Assembly (NCBI GenBank): GCA_052327205.1
Contig: CM126207.1
Coordinates: forward strand, 209,436,001-209,500,000
Origin: Somniosus microcephalus
Lineage: Eukaryota
DNA: 64,000 nucleotides
Direction of reading: 5' to 3'
Shown here: positions 24,620 to 38,775 of the stretch, in pieces
Layout: every line of letters begins with the position of its first letter
How positions within the stretch are numbered: the stretch's first letter is position 1
Notes under the pieces: model-generated
The model's database searches: none
The model's input: only the letters and a program-made list of their open reading frames with translations
Told to the model about the DNA's origin: nothing
Program-made: the position numbers and the translations under genes

Positions 24620-25130
24620 CCAGCTGTTGCACTCCTGACTGGCCTCCTATTTTCCACCCTCCATAAACTCGATCTCATCCAAAAGTCGGCTGCCCATGTC
24701 CTAACTCGCACAAAGTCCCATTCACCCATCCTTGACCTACATTAGGTCCTGATCCGGCAACGCCTCAGTTTTAAAATTCTCATCCTCATTTTCAAATCCC
24801 TCCATGGCCTTGCTCCCTCTTATCCCTGTAACCTCCTCCAGCCCCACAACCCTCAGCGATCTCTGCGCTCCTCTAATTCCGGCCTTTTGCACATCCCTGA
24901 TTTTAATCACTCCACCACTGGAGGCCGTGCCTTCAGCTGCCTAGGTCCTAAGCTCTGGAATTTCCTTGCTAAACCTCTCCGCCTCTCTACCCCCCTCTCC
25001 TCCTATAAGATGCTGCTTGAAACCTACTTCTTTGATCAAGCTTCTGGTCATCTGTCCTAATAGCTCTTTATGTGGCTCACTTTGATAATGCTCTTGGTTA
25101 AAAGGTGCTATATAAATGCAAGCTGTTGTT
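24620..25130 (+). mobile_element. L2 3' fragment
   Basis: Matches about 6760-7320. Confidence 0.88.
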
Positions 25131-27087
25131 CCACAAAATTTCAAATAAGGCGACAAATTAAATTCTTCATACAAATATAGCTGTACTGAAACCGGGACAC
25201 ACTTTCATTTAGTGACCTCAGGAAAAAAAAAAAATCTAGTCTTTTAAACTTGCTGCACAGCCACAAACCCCTAGCTATGTAGGCAATAAACAATGTGTGC
25301 GTGACAGGAGCAGCATTTCCATTCCGGCACGAGTGAAACTATGTCGAGGAACTGTGCCAGAGAGTGAGGTTGAAGTACAGGATGCCTTACCCTAACCAGC
25401 CTAATAGTTTCTAACATGGAAAGCAATTCATTCACTCTACAGCACAGAGGCACAGGAAACATCCAATTTTAGGGACCAAACTAATGTGCCTATCATAGTG
25501 CAAAGGTCAGGAAACTAGCCCAAATCCTCTCAGTTACTGCGAGGGGTACTTAAAGTGGAAATTGTGGAACAGCATAAAATGCTTTAAAGTTCTAAAAAAA
25601 TATATCTTTGCATTTCCAGACAGTTATACAACTATTTCCCACCCCCAACAATTGTTAGATCTTTACTTCACTAACCCACTCCCACTCCAAACTTCCTTTA
25701 ATTTCCTCCTCAGCCACACTACCCTTGACTACTGTAAATGTATTCAACAAGTAATAAATACTACAATAACTGCCTGAGGCTCCCAATGGAACTGTGCCCT
25801 GTTTATACTGAATGGCAGATAATCCAACCCTGCAATACAAGAACTGCACAGGTGCAGAACTTTCAACTCATCGTCACCCCTAGAAAAGGTCTGCAGGTGC
25901 AGCTCCCTTAAAGTCGTAGTTTGACTTCCTCACACCCTCGAAAGACCAGAGACCGAAAGACTGATTTGCAAGCCTGAATGGGCAGGCGCAGTACCCCGGC
26001 CTAGCGGCAAATGGGAAGGGCGCGGACCTCTGGAGCAGTCACCGCCTCGGGTGGATTGCAGCAACCTGGGGCGGCTTGGCTTTGTTTATTTTGCCACGCT
26101 TCAGTTGGAGTCAGTATCATTATGGTAAAGCCAAGGCAATAAAAGACAGTCAGGCAGGTGACCGGCTCAGAGGCCTCTGCCCGTGCTTTGTAACTGGGCA
26201 GCTGTGCATTTAACTGATCTGCAGATCCAACTCTCTGTGGGGAGGATGTCGCCTCTGCTCCCAGCCACCCAGCAGATTTACAGGCTGAAATCGAGGACTC
26301 AACAAATGGGGAACCAGCTAGGCAAACTTAACCATAATAAAACTGCACAAACCCCACCTGACAGCCAGAATATACTTGCCACCCACAAGAACACAAGTGT
26401 TGTGCCAAGTCCGTGTTTTAACATTTATCAAGAAAACAGTTTTGCTCTGGTTATGTTTTCAGTCGATCTCAGAATACAAGTAATCAGGTGCCATTCACAA
26501 CTCCTCCGACAATGAAGCAGCACATCTCAGCCTACAACAGGACCTGAATAACACCCAGACTTCAGCTTGATTGGTGCCCCTGCTACTGGACTCAACACCA
26601 CCCCATTCACCACCAGTGCACTGTGGCTGTAGTATGTATGATCTACAGGGTGCACTGCATCAACTTCAACAGCATCTCCCTCCCCTGAGATCTGTACCAT
26701 CAAGAAAATTATGGATCTCAGAATCTTTACATAATGGACCTGCACTTTTACAATTGTCAAACAATGGGCCCAGGCAGCAATGAGCACTATTCGTGTCTCT
26801 GCTAGGTGCTGCTATACACAAATAGGAACAGCTGTATTATAGATACACGTGTAGCCTGGAATGGAAGCTATTTTGCCATTTTATCACAGCTTAGGCACAA
26901 GAAGACCAGTGTACCAGGGAAGCCTGAGTCAATCTCAGGTTCCACTCAATATAGGTCAGATCCTCCCAGGAGCAGGGCAGAAGTTGTAATGAAGTGGGTA
27001 GAAGTACCAACATCTCCTTAATCAGCCTGTCTTTGCAATTTTTATCTGCTAAACAGCAGGCACCCTTATTAATAAGGCCTGGTGTGA

Positions 27088-27477
27088 ACATAGGAACAGG
27101 AGTAGGCTATTCAGCCCCTCGAGCTTGTTCCGCCAATTAGATCTGTATCTTAACTCCATCTACCCACCCTGGTGCTGTAACTCTTAATACTCTCACCTAA
27201 CAAAAACCTATCAATCTCAATTTTGACATTTCCAATTGACCTAGCCTCAACAGCCTTTTTTTGGTGGGAGAGTGTTCCAGATTTCCACTACCCTTTGTGT
27301 GAAGAAGTGCTTCCTGACATCACCCCAAAACTGCCTAGCTCTGATTTTAAGGCTATGCCCCCTTGTTCTGGACTCCCTCACCAGAGGAAACAGTTTCTCT
27401 CTATCTACCCTATCAACTCCTTTAATCATCGTAAACACCTCAATCAGCTCAACCCTTAATCGTCTATACTCAAGAGA
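27088..27477 (-). mobile_element. CR1 3' fragment
   Basis: ORF 27247..27438: DRVDREKLFPL..SRTRGH...FFTQRVVEIWN. Confidence 0.88.
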
Positions 27478-28027
27478 AGGCTGGCTTCGAGAAATTGCCA
27501 GCAGTGAGCACTGTGTAATGTAACAGAATTCTGCACGAGGGAAGGATACTTTTCAGATAGGCCACTTCAGTACACTGAGATGACCATTACTGTTCTTCCT
27601 CATTAGATGAATAAAATCTTCTTAGGATAAAGAAATGGCTCAACATTTGAATAGTGATAATATGGCAGCAGTTACTGTAACAGGGAATGGAGGAAAAACC
27701 AATCCATTAAAGAATTTCAACTTGCAATCTCACTCTATCCTCAATATGTCACTGTACTCTGGCAAAAGAAACAAATTCACCAACGACAAGAATTATTTAA
27801 CTCCTGTTGAGGGAACAATTTTAAAAGAATTTTCTAGTAAACATGATCAGTTTGGAGATTTCAAAAGATAGCGCAAAATTCCAATAACCAACTGGCAGTG
27901 TTAAATATCATTAAAATGCACCCATAGCAGATAGTTATTTAAAAAAGAAAACAGCTTGCAAATTACATTTTCATACCAGGACATTCACACCTAAAGAAGG
28001 GCACAAACCCAAACCAAAAACACTTAC

Positions 28028-28795
28028 CATCAGCACTTCTTCTAAATGTTTGACCTCCAGCTCTAACTTCTGGAGTTCTGGGAACTGGCCACGACAATCG
28101 TCAAGTGTTGAATTTAATGCCATCAGGGCTTCCTCTATCCCTGGGTCTACAGGCTTCACCTTTCCAGACTCTGCAGGCCCGGTTCTCTCATCATTTGGTT
28201 TGGTTTTCTCCTCTGTAGAGGCAATGCTCTGAACCACCGGGACAGCAACAGCTTCACGTTCTGGTGTCACCAATGGACTACACGTGGCTTCTGGGATTTC
28301 TGACTTTTCCAGTGGAGCCTCAGAGTGTAGCTCAGCATCAACAGTCTCTTCAGTCACAGGGTGATCAGCTTCTGCTGCTGAGATTTGTGGAGGCTCCACC
28401 AAATTCGATATGGCAACTACCTGTGGTTCTGGCTCTGCGCTCATTGACGCATTCAAGTCCATTGCAGCGTCTACACTTGCTTCACTGATATGGCTGAGAG
28501 TTCGGGAAATTGGCACATTTCCATTAAATATTGCATGCTTTAGGGTCTCTTGCCCTTCTTCTGCCTCCTCCACTTGCTGTCTGGTTACCTCAGGATTAGC
28601 TGCCTGAGGTTCTTCAGTCTGTGCTAATGTTATAGTGATTCTAGGGACCGTTCCCTGGATTTCCGGTTGCACCAGTGTTTTTTGGGAATGTCTAACACTC
28701 GTCGACAACTGTGGGCTGGAAGAACCATCTGAAGAATCAGAGGAGATGGACCAGGCAGCACCATTCTCCAGCTCTTCCTGCCTGCGCAGCATATT
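28028..28795 (-). CDS. RIPOR1: RIPOR1 large exon, 768 bp (NMLRRQEELENG...GQFPELQKLELEVKHLEEVLM)
   Basis: gtatag|AAT, ATG|gtaagt; phase 0/0; overlaps ORF 27971..28792. Confidence 0.95.
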
Positions 28796-29284
28796 CTATA
28801 CAAAACAAAATAGGTACAAGTTACAATCTGCTCAGTAGCCAGAACACGTGTTAAATCAAGCACCACTTCAGAATAGCGCACCGCAGGTACATTTAATTCC
28901 TGAAGAAGTACGGCATCATCCAGACTGACTGGGATGATTTTCAAACTGACTGAAGCAGCCCTGAAACAGAGCTCAAAACTCAAGAAAAAGAGGATCAACA
29001 TCAACATAGCTCCAGCTCAGTCAGTCTGTCACAAATACTGCACCTTGCTATGAAATGTTCAACCCGTTGGCGTGAATTCAGTCAGGACTCTAAACCAGGC
29101 AAGCCCAAGAACAATGCCCCTGGCTTGATTTAACTTAACTTCAAAAACAGGTTCCGCCTCTTCAATATTAGAGGGACTGGGCAAGGCTGGGGTCTTGTAC
29201 ACAGTCAATCCAGTAATACAGGCCTCACTGCAACATTGAGACCAAAGCAAAATACTGCAGATGTTGATAAAAGGTCACTGACCT

Positions 29285-29480
29285 GGGTCTAAGGTCTGGA
29301 ATTCTCTTCCTAAACCTCTCCGCCGCTTTCCCTTCCTTTAAGGGTCTCCTTAAAACATACCTCTTTGACTAAGCTTTTGGTCACCTGTCCTAATGTCTCC
29401 ATCTTTAGCTCGGTGTCAATTTTTGTCTTGTGAAGCATCTTGGGATGTTTTACTAAGGCGATATACAAATGCAAGTTGTT
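29285..29480 (+). mobile_element. L2 3' tail fragment, preceded by a short Penelope-type remnant at about 29245-29285
   Basis: Matches 7100-7320; aaaatactgcagatg...aaggtcactgacctg resembles the element at 38583. Confidence 0.75.
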
Positions 29481-32400
29481 ATATGCATTAGTTTAAAAAA
29501 AATAATTCACCAATGATGGAGAGTTCAGGCACAGGGTTGATTAAGTGAAAGAGCTGCCACAAATCAATGGTCGAAATGTACCTTTTTACAACATTCAAAT
29601 TAAGTCAGGGTTTCAGACACAACACAGGTGTGATCATTGGACCGAGGGGACTCGTGCTCTGGGATTCCAGATCAATTTTTTTTTAAATTACCGATCGAAT
29701 ATACCTCACTTTTCCAGATACAAAATTAACAAGCGAGGCTAATCTTCAGTAAATAATCACTGCAATATAATAAAAAAATCACGTGGGCTCAAACACCAAG
29801 GTTCCAGACATGGCATCAAGAGGTGCTGGCTGGACAGCAGGAGTATCTCCAGAGAGAATAAGGGATACCAGAGTCTGTCAGCCCGTCCTAACATCAACTT
29901 GCATTTATATAGCGCCTTTAACGTAGTAAAACGTTGCAAGGCATTTCACAGGAGTGTAATCAGACAAAAATTCCAGTTTGTTCACGCTGTCCAGTAGCTG
30001 ACCCGCCATTGCCCAAAGCCTTGATGCAGCTGCCTGTTCCGCAGGCAGTGTAGAGTGTGAACTAGATAAATCTGTTGCAAAATGTAAACAGTGGGCTGTG
30101 TAGCTAATTTTTATTTATTTATTTATATAAAAACAGTAACTCTACTGGCCCAGTAAAGAGGAACCTGGGACAGCTTTTTTGTGCTTCACTTAAAAGCTGG
30201 GGAAGAACCAGCTCCTATTCTAAACTGGAAACAGAAACAGACTTGACATTCCATGCAAGATGGAGAACTGCAACTAAGCCTGCTGTGATCTTTTCACATT
30301 ACACGGACTCCCAGAAGTTAACCAGCTCCTACTAGTGCAGCAACTTACCAACTAAACTCTTCAAATAACATGCCGTGAAAAAGTCTGCAACTGGCTTGCG
30401 CGTCCGACTCCATTCTTAACACTGCTGGGCGTTGTTGTAATCGAACAGGTTAAAACGTCCGAGTTATTATGAGATTTGCAACTCTGCCCCCCCCCCCCCC
30501 CACCTTCAATTCCCTCTCCACTGTGCATCCTTAGCAGAACTTAACTGGTGCCTGTCGCCCTACTCAGTGCTTACTAATATCTGAAGTTCTGGGGGGAAAA
30601 AAGAGGGAATTAAAAAAAGAAATGCAGATTAGCATGGCTATGAAGCAGCTACACACTAAATACTACACCACAGGCACAGGACTAATAGGAAGCAAGATTA
30701 TATCTCACCTAATTGTGATAAGCCTACTGCAGCACTAGCCTAGGCTAGTAACTATCAGGACTTACACAGAACACTACCTTACGAGTGCCAGGCCTGAGGA
30801 AGGACACGTCATTGCACGAATAACTCCGATTCACTCCCTCAATAAAAACACCTCGAAATAAGTCCATTAAGGACAAACTGTGCTTTCCTGTCAAAGGCTG
30901 CAAAGGATTCTTGTGGGTAGAAACAGTAAATGAAGACGATTTAGTCTACAATTAAATGATGAAAGAAACATTTCAGATTGCAATCTCACTTACCCCTTTT
31001 AGGGCCCACTTGCCCACATTACTCGGGCAAAAGGGTGAACTAGCACTCTGCTCCCAGACTTTGGCCATTGCTGCTCTATAACTAGATGCGAGGAAGTGTA
31101 CAAGATACTGGTTCTGATAGGGAATTGGAGGAATGACCCTGCATCCAGGATGCAGTGCATTGGTGCATGATCTGGACCCCCACTGCCCAAGTAAAGATTT
31201 TAAACTGATGTTGTTGCCCTGAGTGAGTTGGTGCTGCGCTGAGTGATGGTGCTGGAGTGGAGTTTCGCCACAGTATTGGGTACACGTTAACTTTACAGAA
31301 CTAATCTGTGATGTGGTGAAGAACAGCAATAGAACAGAGGTTATTAAGGACCGAGTAATACTGTACACCGATAATCAACTACAACAGGACTTTAATTACT
31401 GCCCTGTGTGTTTAAGGTCACTATTGGGAACAGGTGGCATAACACCCATTAACATATGGCAAGTTCTGGATTTAACAATCACAGTGAATGGTTTTCTTAT
31501 ACATTGACATCGAGTTTTCTCTGAAGCAACCTGCAGCACCTCAAATGATCAGGTTTTTCGAAGCACTCGAATTAGCCTATAACTTTCCACATTGGTTTAA
31601 AATACTGCCGCACCCCAATATCCAACAAAACTTAGTCACAAACTGAAAAGAGCCTTTTCCCTGCATAATGTGGCAATCACATTTCAAATTTTAAATCAAG
31701 AAATTCATCACCACAACTGTAACAAAAACAATGTCAAGCTATATAAAATCAGAATGAAACCTCAGGGCAAATTTAAGGCTGCAAACAGCTCACATCCATA
31801 CAAAATATCTGAGCTTCCTCCTCACAGTTTGGCCTTGATTGGATTACTGCCCAATGATCTGTTGCCCCGCCCCACCCCCAAATGTACTTTTAGTTTTGTG
31901 ATTCACCTCAGCCGGAGAATGCTGCAAAGACATAAAATTCACTTTCTTATAAATTTAGCAGAAAGCTGCATAAACCAGAACAAAGCCAATGGGAAAGTGT
32001 TAAATGGGCTTCTTTGGTGGCTCAGCAAGCTCAGAAAAGCCCCAGACGCAATCCTGGCCTGTCGTGAGTTAGCTGATCTGAAGTGGGGTAGCGGAGGAGG
32101 GGTGTACAATCGGTGTCAGTGCCACCAGGCTTGGGGAGGAGTTCCTGATCACCATCCAGCGACACCTTAAGGCGAGCAGGGGGAAGGGCAACAAGAAAAT
32201 GAGCAGGTACCAATAAAAAAAGTGTTAAATTTAAACATAACATGGGGTCATGGAACTGGTTTATTCGAGGACATGCTCCACCAAATACACCCACAGGCTG
32301 ACCATTTCCTAATCACCGCATGCAATTACAGGACTACGTGCCATCATTCAGAAAGTGGAAGTGTAAAGGACGACATGCCCAAACAAAGGATGCAGACAGT

Positions 32401-33420
32401 CCCTTGGAGGGGCCTAAACAAACAATCACTTCACAAATTAAAACCAAAGCTAATTCCAAAAATAGGTTTAATAAGTTAAACAGTTTCAAATGATGCCCTG
32501 AGATGAAACAGATGGGAGATAAGGGGGGGGGGGGGGGGAAAGGGGCAAGCCCAGCTACTTTAGAATAAAAACAAGAAGCATGTACATAGCGACCAGTGAA
32601 CACCTCTGCCACAGGCTCGGCACTTAATCAGCCTACAGCGGTTTAATTGCCTCGTACCTTCCAGACAGCAGATTAGTACCTGAAGGAATATTCCAGCCCA
32701 TCAATAGCACCAAGACATTCAGAGTAAACACTTGCTTAGCTGCCTAATTTCTATCATTTATAAATTTGAAGAATGGAACCATGATGCCCAATTTAAGGCC
32801 TCTGATATTAGAGACTTTCAACAGATTCATTTTCGAGCAATAACTGCCGAGAGTATATCGCTGGTACCGTGACGACAAGAGAAAATGCCAATCTTACAAC
32901 TGAAGTTACTGGTTAAACAGAGACAGAATTATATAATCTGCACTGGCAGCTGGGAAACACAAGGTTAGCTACCTCTCAAATTATACAGCTTGTGCCTCAG
33001 GCTGTACAAGTAGACCTGAATGTTGTAATTTATTAACAGCTTCAGTCAAAACGTAGCTCTCTCTTGCATCTCCCCTCTCCCATACTGGTTTCCCTTTGTT
33101 AGATAGCCATCCCTTTCCCCCTCCCTCCATCACTCTGATAACGTTGAGCTAAGAATGTGCAAGCCATACAGCTAGACTGAAAGGTTTTCTGTGCCCAAGG
33201 TGCAGTGAAATTGTAAACATGTTTATAAAGGATGGGCGATGATTTTGCTACGTGTAGCTTTCTCTTCCCCCACCACCCCCCCTCCACAAGCATGCACCCC
33301 CACTCCTTTTCTATACGGCGTGCGTCGCAGTCGATGCTTTGTAATAGCTGATGACCCCACCCCACAGCAGATCCTTATTAATGCCACAAAACCCTATTTA
33401 CAGCTCCCCACTGGTAAAAC

Positions 33421-34360
33421 ATTTTTAAATTAGTTTATGGGATGTGGGCATCGCTGGTAAGGCCAGCATTTATTGCCCATTCCTAATTATCCTCGAGAAG
33501 GTGGTGGTGAGCCACCTTCTTGAACCGCTGCAGTCCGTGTGGTGAAGGTACTCCCACAGTGCTGTTAGGTAGGGAGTTCCAGGATTTTGACCCAGCGACG
33601 ATAAAGGTTCGGCGATATACTTCCAAGTCAGGATGGTGTATGACTTGTAGGTGGTGGTGTTCCCATGCACCTGCTGCCCTTGTCCTTCTAGGTGGAAGAG
33701 GCCGTGGGTTTGGGAGGTGCTGCTGAAGAAGCCTTGGCGAGTTGCTGCAGTGCATCTTGTAGATGGTACACACTGCAGCCACTGTACGCCGGTGGTGGAG
33801 GGAGTAAATGTTTAAGGTGGTGGATGGGGTGCCAATGAAGCGAGCTGTTTTGTCCTGGATGGTGTCTAGCTTCTGGAGTGGTGTTGGAGCTGCACTCATC
33901 CAGGCAAGTGGAGAGTATACCATCACACTCCTTACTTGTGCCTTGTAGATGGTGGAAAGGCTTTGTGGAGTCAGGAGGCGAGACACTTGCCACAGAATAC
34001 CTAGCCTCTGACCTGCTCTTGTTGCCACAGTATTTATGTGGCTGGTCCAGTTAGGTTTCTGGTCAATGGTGACCCCCCAGGATGTTGATAGTGGGGGATG
34101 CCGGTGAATGTCAAGGGGTAGTGGTTAGACTTTCGCTTGTTGGAGGTAGTTATTGCCTGGCACTTCTGTGGCGCGAATGTTACCTGCCACTTGTCAGCCT
34201 AAGCCTGAACGTCGTCCAGGTCTTGTTGCATGTGGGCATGGACTGCTTCATTATCCAAGGAGTTGTGAATGGCACTGAACACTGTGCAGTCATCAGCGAA
34301 CATCCCCATTTCTGACCTTATGTTGGAGGGAATGTCATTGATGAAGCAGCTGAAGATGGT
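33421..34360 (-). mobile_element. CR1/L2-group non-LTR retrotransposon 3' fragment (family distinct from the other CR1 and L2 copies)
   Basis: ORF 33483..34028: AGQRLGIL...IYKAQVRSVM.YSPLAW...SWNSLP. Confidence 0.88.
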
Positions 34361-34643
34361 ACAAAGACAATGATACAAAAGACAATTCTGAACCCAGGTA
34401 CCAATCTTCAGATCGTAAAATTAAAACAACGGAGCAATTGGGTTGTAACAAACATGATTTGCTACCTAGAGTTTTGATTGAAAAGGATATGGTGAGGGAA
34501 AGCAGTTCACAAGTTTCAAGGAATATACTGGTCTGGCCAGCTCTGCAAAGCCTGTGTACACATTCAGGGCATATCACCACTGCCGCCCGTGACAGAATAC
34601 GCAGCAGCACCACATGCAGGTGAACATCCGCGGAGAGACTTAC

Positions 34644-34773
34644 ATAAAAGGCCTGTTCCCGCAGGGAAGGGGTATCCGGCGGACTCTGGTTGTAAGTGGA
34701 GAATCGCTTGTTCACAGTGGGCACCTTGTTGACGGAGCTTGCAGCAGACGTTTGATCATCTTTGTCAAATGGA
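34644..34773 (-). CDS. RIPOR1: RIPOR1 exon, 130 bp (N-PFDKDDQTS...PPDTPSLREQAFY)
   Basis: tttcag|T, TAT|gtaagt; phase 2/0. Confidence 0.96.
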
Positions 34774-35100
34774 CTGAAAGACACAGAACGATTGAGCAAA
34801 ATAAGACATGATACACGGACACCGCTGGCACTTCAAGACACAAACTGAAGGAATAACTCGCAAAGATCTTTTTTCCACGCATTCTAACTTTGAAATTCAG
34901 CACACGGCACACTGCTCCAAGATTAGTGCAGGTAATTGACATCAAACACACACTGTTGCCTCCTTTCAATAATACTTACTGCTGGGTAGTGTCAAATTAT
35001 ATTCGATGATGGCATTTTGCTTGATCCAGTTTTATTAGAAAAATAATCCTGTGAAGAGAGCTTTGATGGGGGAAGGATGGGGGTTGGAGTCAGTACACGT

Positions 35101-35461
35101 AGTGTAGCAATGGTGCAGCAGTAGCACTCTCGTCACGGAGTCAGAAGGTGGTGGATTCAAGCCTCACTCCAATGACTTGAGCACATCATGCTAGGCTGAC
35201 ACTTCATGCAGTACTGAGGGAGTGCTGCATTGTCGGAGGTGCCGTCTTTCGGATGAGGCATTAAACCAAGGCCCCGTCTGCTGGCTCAGGTGGACATAAA
35301 AGATCCCATGGTTCTATTCGAAGAGGGGCAGGGGAGTTCTCCCAGTATCTGGACCAATATGTATCCCTCTACCCACATCACTAAACAATTTAATTGGTTA
35401 TTTATCCCATTGCTGTTTGAAGGGTTTTGCTGTGCGCAAATTGGCTGCCGTGTTTCCCTAA
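35101..35461 (+). mobile_element. Deu-domain SINE, 3'-truncated
   Basis: Collinear with the copy at 54337. Confidence 0.8.
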
Positions 35462-38400
35462 TACTGCTTTAGTTGAGCTCACCCTAAACTCAGCACAGAC
35501 CAGGGATTGAACCTGGAATCTTCTAGGTCTGTATGGCTCAGTTACACAAGGCAAAACATCTACTCACTGAACCACTGGTGAAACTCAAATGTTGAAAATT
35601 GAAAGATATGACAGAGGCTGGCTGGCATTCAAACTGAAGCCTTTTGAAGGGAACTCCGGCCACTGTCCCTGCTTGCAAAATAATGGATTTAATCGTGCAC
35701 AAAGCATGGTCAGACGTGTAAAGTTCTGAGCATGTTTTAAGCAGATCTTAGTCCATGGTGCAGAAGCAGTTTGACAAGCTTGATGAAACTCCCAAAAAGA
35801 ATGACTCGAGGGGAAGTCAAGATTTATGCATGGACAAAAAGATATCAGCTGATCCCAAAACACCCATTAGCAAAAGGAAAAGTCAGTCACGTCCTCGCAA
35901 GAGGCCTACGAGGTTGCTGTTAATCACAACATTTAAGTTGCAAAGTGTTGAGTTCATGTTAAAAAGTAAATCAGAACAATGGTGAATATCAAAGTCTTTC
36001 TTTATATTTTAAATTATTCTGCAAGTCCACTGATGTCATATTTTCAGTACTCTAGTTACTCAGTAATTTTCAGCTAATACAGAGAGCTTTCAATTCAAAT
36101 GTGACACAAATGTGTGCAGATTGGGATTCGATTGTCTAATCTTGACCTCAGTGCACTCATCAAGAGCTGAAAGGTTCTTCGGAGAGTGACCACAGTTCTC
36201 CAGTTTACAACTGGCACAATTTAATTGGTTTCCAGCATATCCCCTGGGACTGGCCATTGAACAGTGCAAAACTGGGTCAAGTTCTGCAGCACCAGCATAT
36301 GTATCTGGGAGAGAAGGATTAGATTTGTGTGGATTAAAGGGTGAACTTTTTGTTCCACAACAAATGATGTCACACATTGGGATCTACCCACAAGACTTAC
36401 ACAACCTAGCAGCTGCATTATTAATTTTGGAATCCAATTCCTACATCAAAAATTAAAATTTCAAAGCAACAATGTTTGGGGTTGGGGGGGGGGGGGGGGG
36501 CGGGGGTTAGGGGAAGAGACTTGTGCATGGAATATTAACTTTAAACACACAAGACAGCTTCACTTTGGTTAAAAATTGCAAATTAAATGCTGGCACAACC
36601 CATGAACTTTCAACTAAATGAGCATTCATCACCAGCGCCAAAAATTCAGCATCAGTGCCAGATAACCTCTGTGGCGGGCAGTCTAACATTCTAATTTGTT
36701 CATTGGGCAGATGCTTCTCTTACACATTCTGTCGGTGATTTTTTAAATGCAAGTGTTGATCATCAGCACATCAACATTTCCCTCACATTACAACGGTGAC
36801 TACACTTCGTTGTCTGTAAGGCGCTTTGGGACGTCCGGTGGTCATGAAAGGCGCTATATAAATGCAAGACTTTCTTTCTTTCACTCTGACTGGTAAACAC
36901 TCTCCCTACTGCCTCAGCATCCTTTCCGCGCACCAGTGAGGGAAGGCACCATCTCACCAAGAGCGACTGACACAGCCCCAACAGCCTCGGGGAAACATAG
37001 GGTCACATTATTCATCATTAAACAGACACAAATCCTGACATCTACCCTGCACCTACTGAATTAAAGGAACTTCAGTCCTGTGATGCAGATTGTAATTGAT
37101 GGTAGGCCTTGGATATAAAAACACTGAAAAAAATAAAATATACTGAACAGCACTATTGAATAAATATATAAATGGTTCTGAACGTTAGAGCAAGGGGACA
37201 GGAAGTTACTCGCAAGAGGAGGGCACGTGGAGTCACAAGTGTTTTGTTCAAAGACTTTTAGTTAACGATGCAACATCTGATGAGCATTTCAGTGCCACGT
37301 CAGTATAGACTCCGATGCAATATAGTGAGAGGAGGCATCGGAGGAGGCCTTTTGAAGCATGTGAAGAGCTTCATTTGCTTCTGTACTGCTTAAAGCTACA
37401 ACGATGGTGGAAGGAGGCTAAAACTTGTGGTTCTGGCTCCATTCATATCACAGCATCTTCGGGCCAAAATTCCCAAATCTCAAGACAATTTAGCAACCAG
37501 CTCTCATTCAAGATCCAGTCTAAATGAAGAGATGGGCTGATCCAGTGCTGACTCGTGAGAAGCACATAATGGCTGAAAAAAATAACGGCACAGAGATAAT
37601 AGAGCACAGGAAAGCAAGTCAAGAAAACAAGTCAACAAAACTCTGCTGTGCACAGATCTCATGTTCCATTTACTTACACGATTCACAGTTTTAATGAAGG
37701 TAGAGCTCAAAATCCCAAAACCCACACCCTTTCCATTCGCCTTAAGTGAACAACTTTACCAGCTGATTGATGTTCACCAAGTTTAAATATGTAAGAAACT
37801 TTTTCTCTCCTGCAGTTTATCTAGTGAATAACTGAATGGAAGAGGAAAGTCCCAGTCTGCGCTGAGTGAACTGCTATCACCCAGGGCAGCAACAGGGGTA
37901 ATGCAATTGGCCTCAGGACTCCTGGTTTAGCGAGGAGGGGGGGGCGGGAGAAATCAGGCAGGGTTCCCACTCCAGATTAATCAACATCCCTGCTGGAAAG
38001 GATGGAAGTATGGACAGGATCAGGGTTAGACGTGATGACCCCTGTAGTCAAATAGTCTGTCTTCACTTGCCATCAAGGGTCATGAATGAACAGCCACTTT
38101 GACGAGATACAGGAGGGCAACTGGCAACCATGGAACTGCATCCCAACAAGACATGAGGAGAGGAGAAAATTGGTGAAACCGTCTGCAAATAAATTCTTCA
38201 GGAGAAAACATTCATTCCTGTTGCTGGCATTGGGAGTTAAACAAACAATGACTCTGATAACTCGATGTTTGTTTAAGCACCAGTAACATTTGAATGGCTC
38301 CATACTTCAGATTTCTCTACTCCTTTTCCCCTCATGCACTGCCTGGGCCTGTTCTTGCCAGTCCTTTTGTCAGTCGATTTAAGCCCCATTTACATTGCAT

Positions 38401-38582
38401 GCTCTGAAACAAAACAAAAGATAAACAACCCACACATATTCTGCTGCTGTGTCTGAAAAGGGGTTTGAAAATGCCTGAGGAACGAAAACCAGCATCCAAG
38501 AAGGGCACCAAGAAAGCCTTGAGTAGTCACAGTGAAGGGCAGCCCTTGAAAAGCCCCAATTTATTGAAGAACAATCCTTAAT

Positions 38583-38775
38583 TGGGACAAAAGCAAAATA
38601 CTGCAGATACTGGAAATCGGAATTAAAAACACTCAGCCGGTCAGGCAGCATCTGTGGAGAAAGTTAATGTTTCAGTTCTGGTGAAAGGTCATCGACCTGA
38701 AACGTTAACTCGGTTTCTTTCTCCACAGATGCTGCCTGACCTGCTGAGAATTTCCAGCATTTTGTGTTTTTATTT
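38583..38775. mobile_element. Short Penelope-type hairpin repeat with a minimal hammerhead-like motif
   Basis: Inverted arms ggtcaggcagcatctgtggagaaag / ctttctccacagatgctgcctgacc; centre AGTT-CTGGTGA-A-AGGTC-ATC-GACCT-GAAA-CGTT-AACT. Confidence 0.75.

Noticed and set aside
27971-28027. Read-through of the large exon as an alternative C-terminus (VSVFGLGLCPSLGVNVLV*)
   Set aside because: There is a strong canonical donor ATG|GTAAGT, and I found no convincing poly(A) signal nearby; no support without transcripts.
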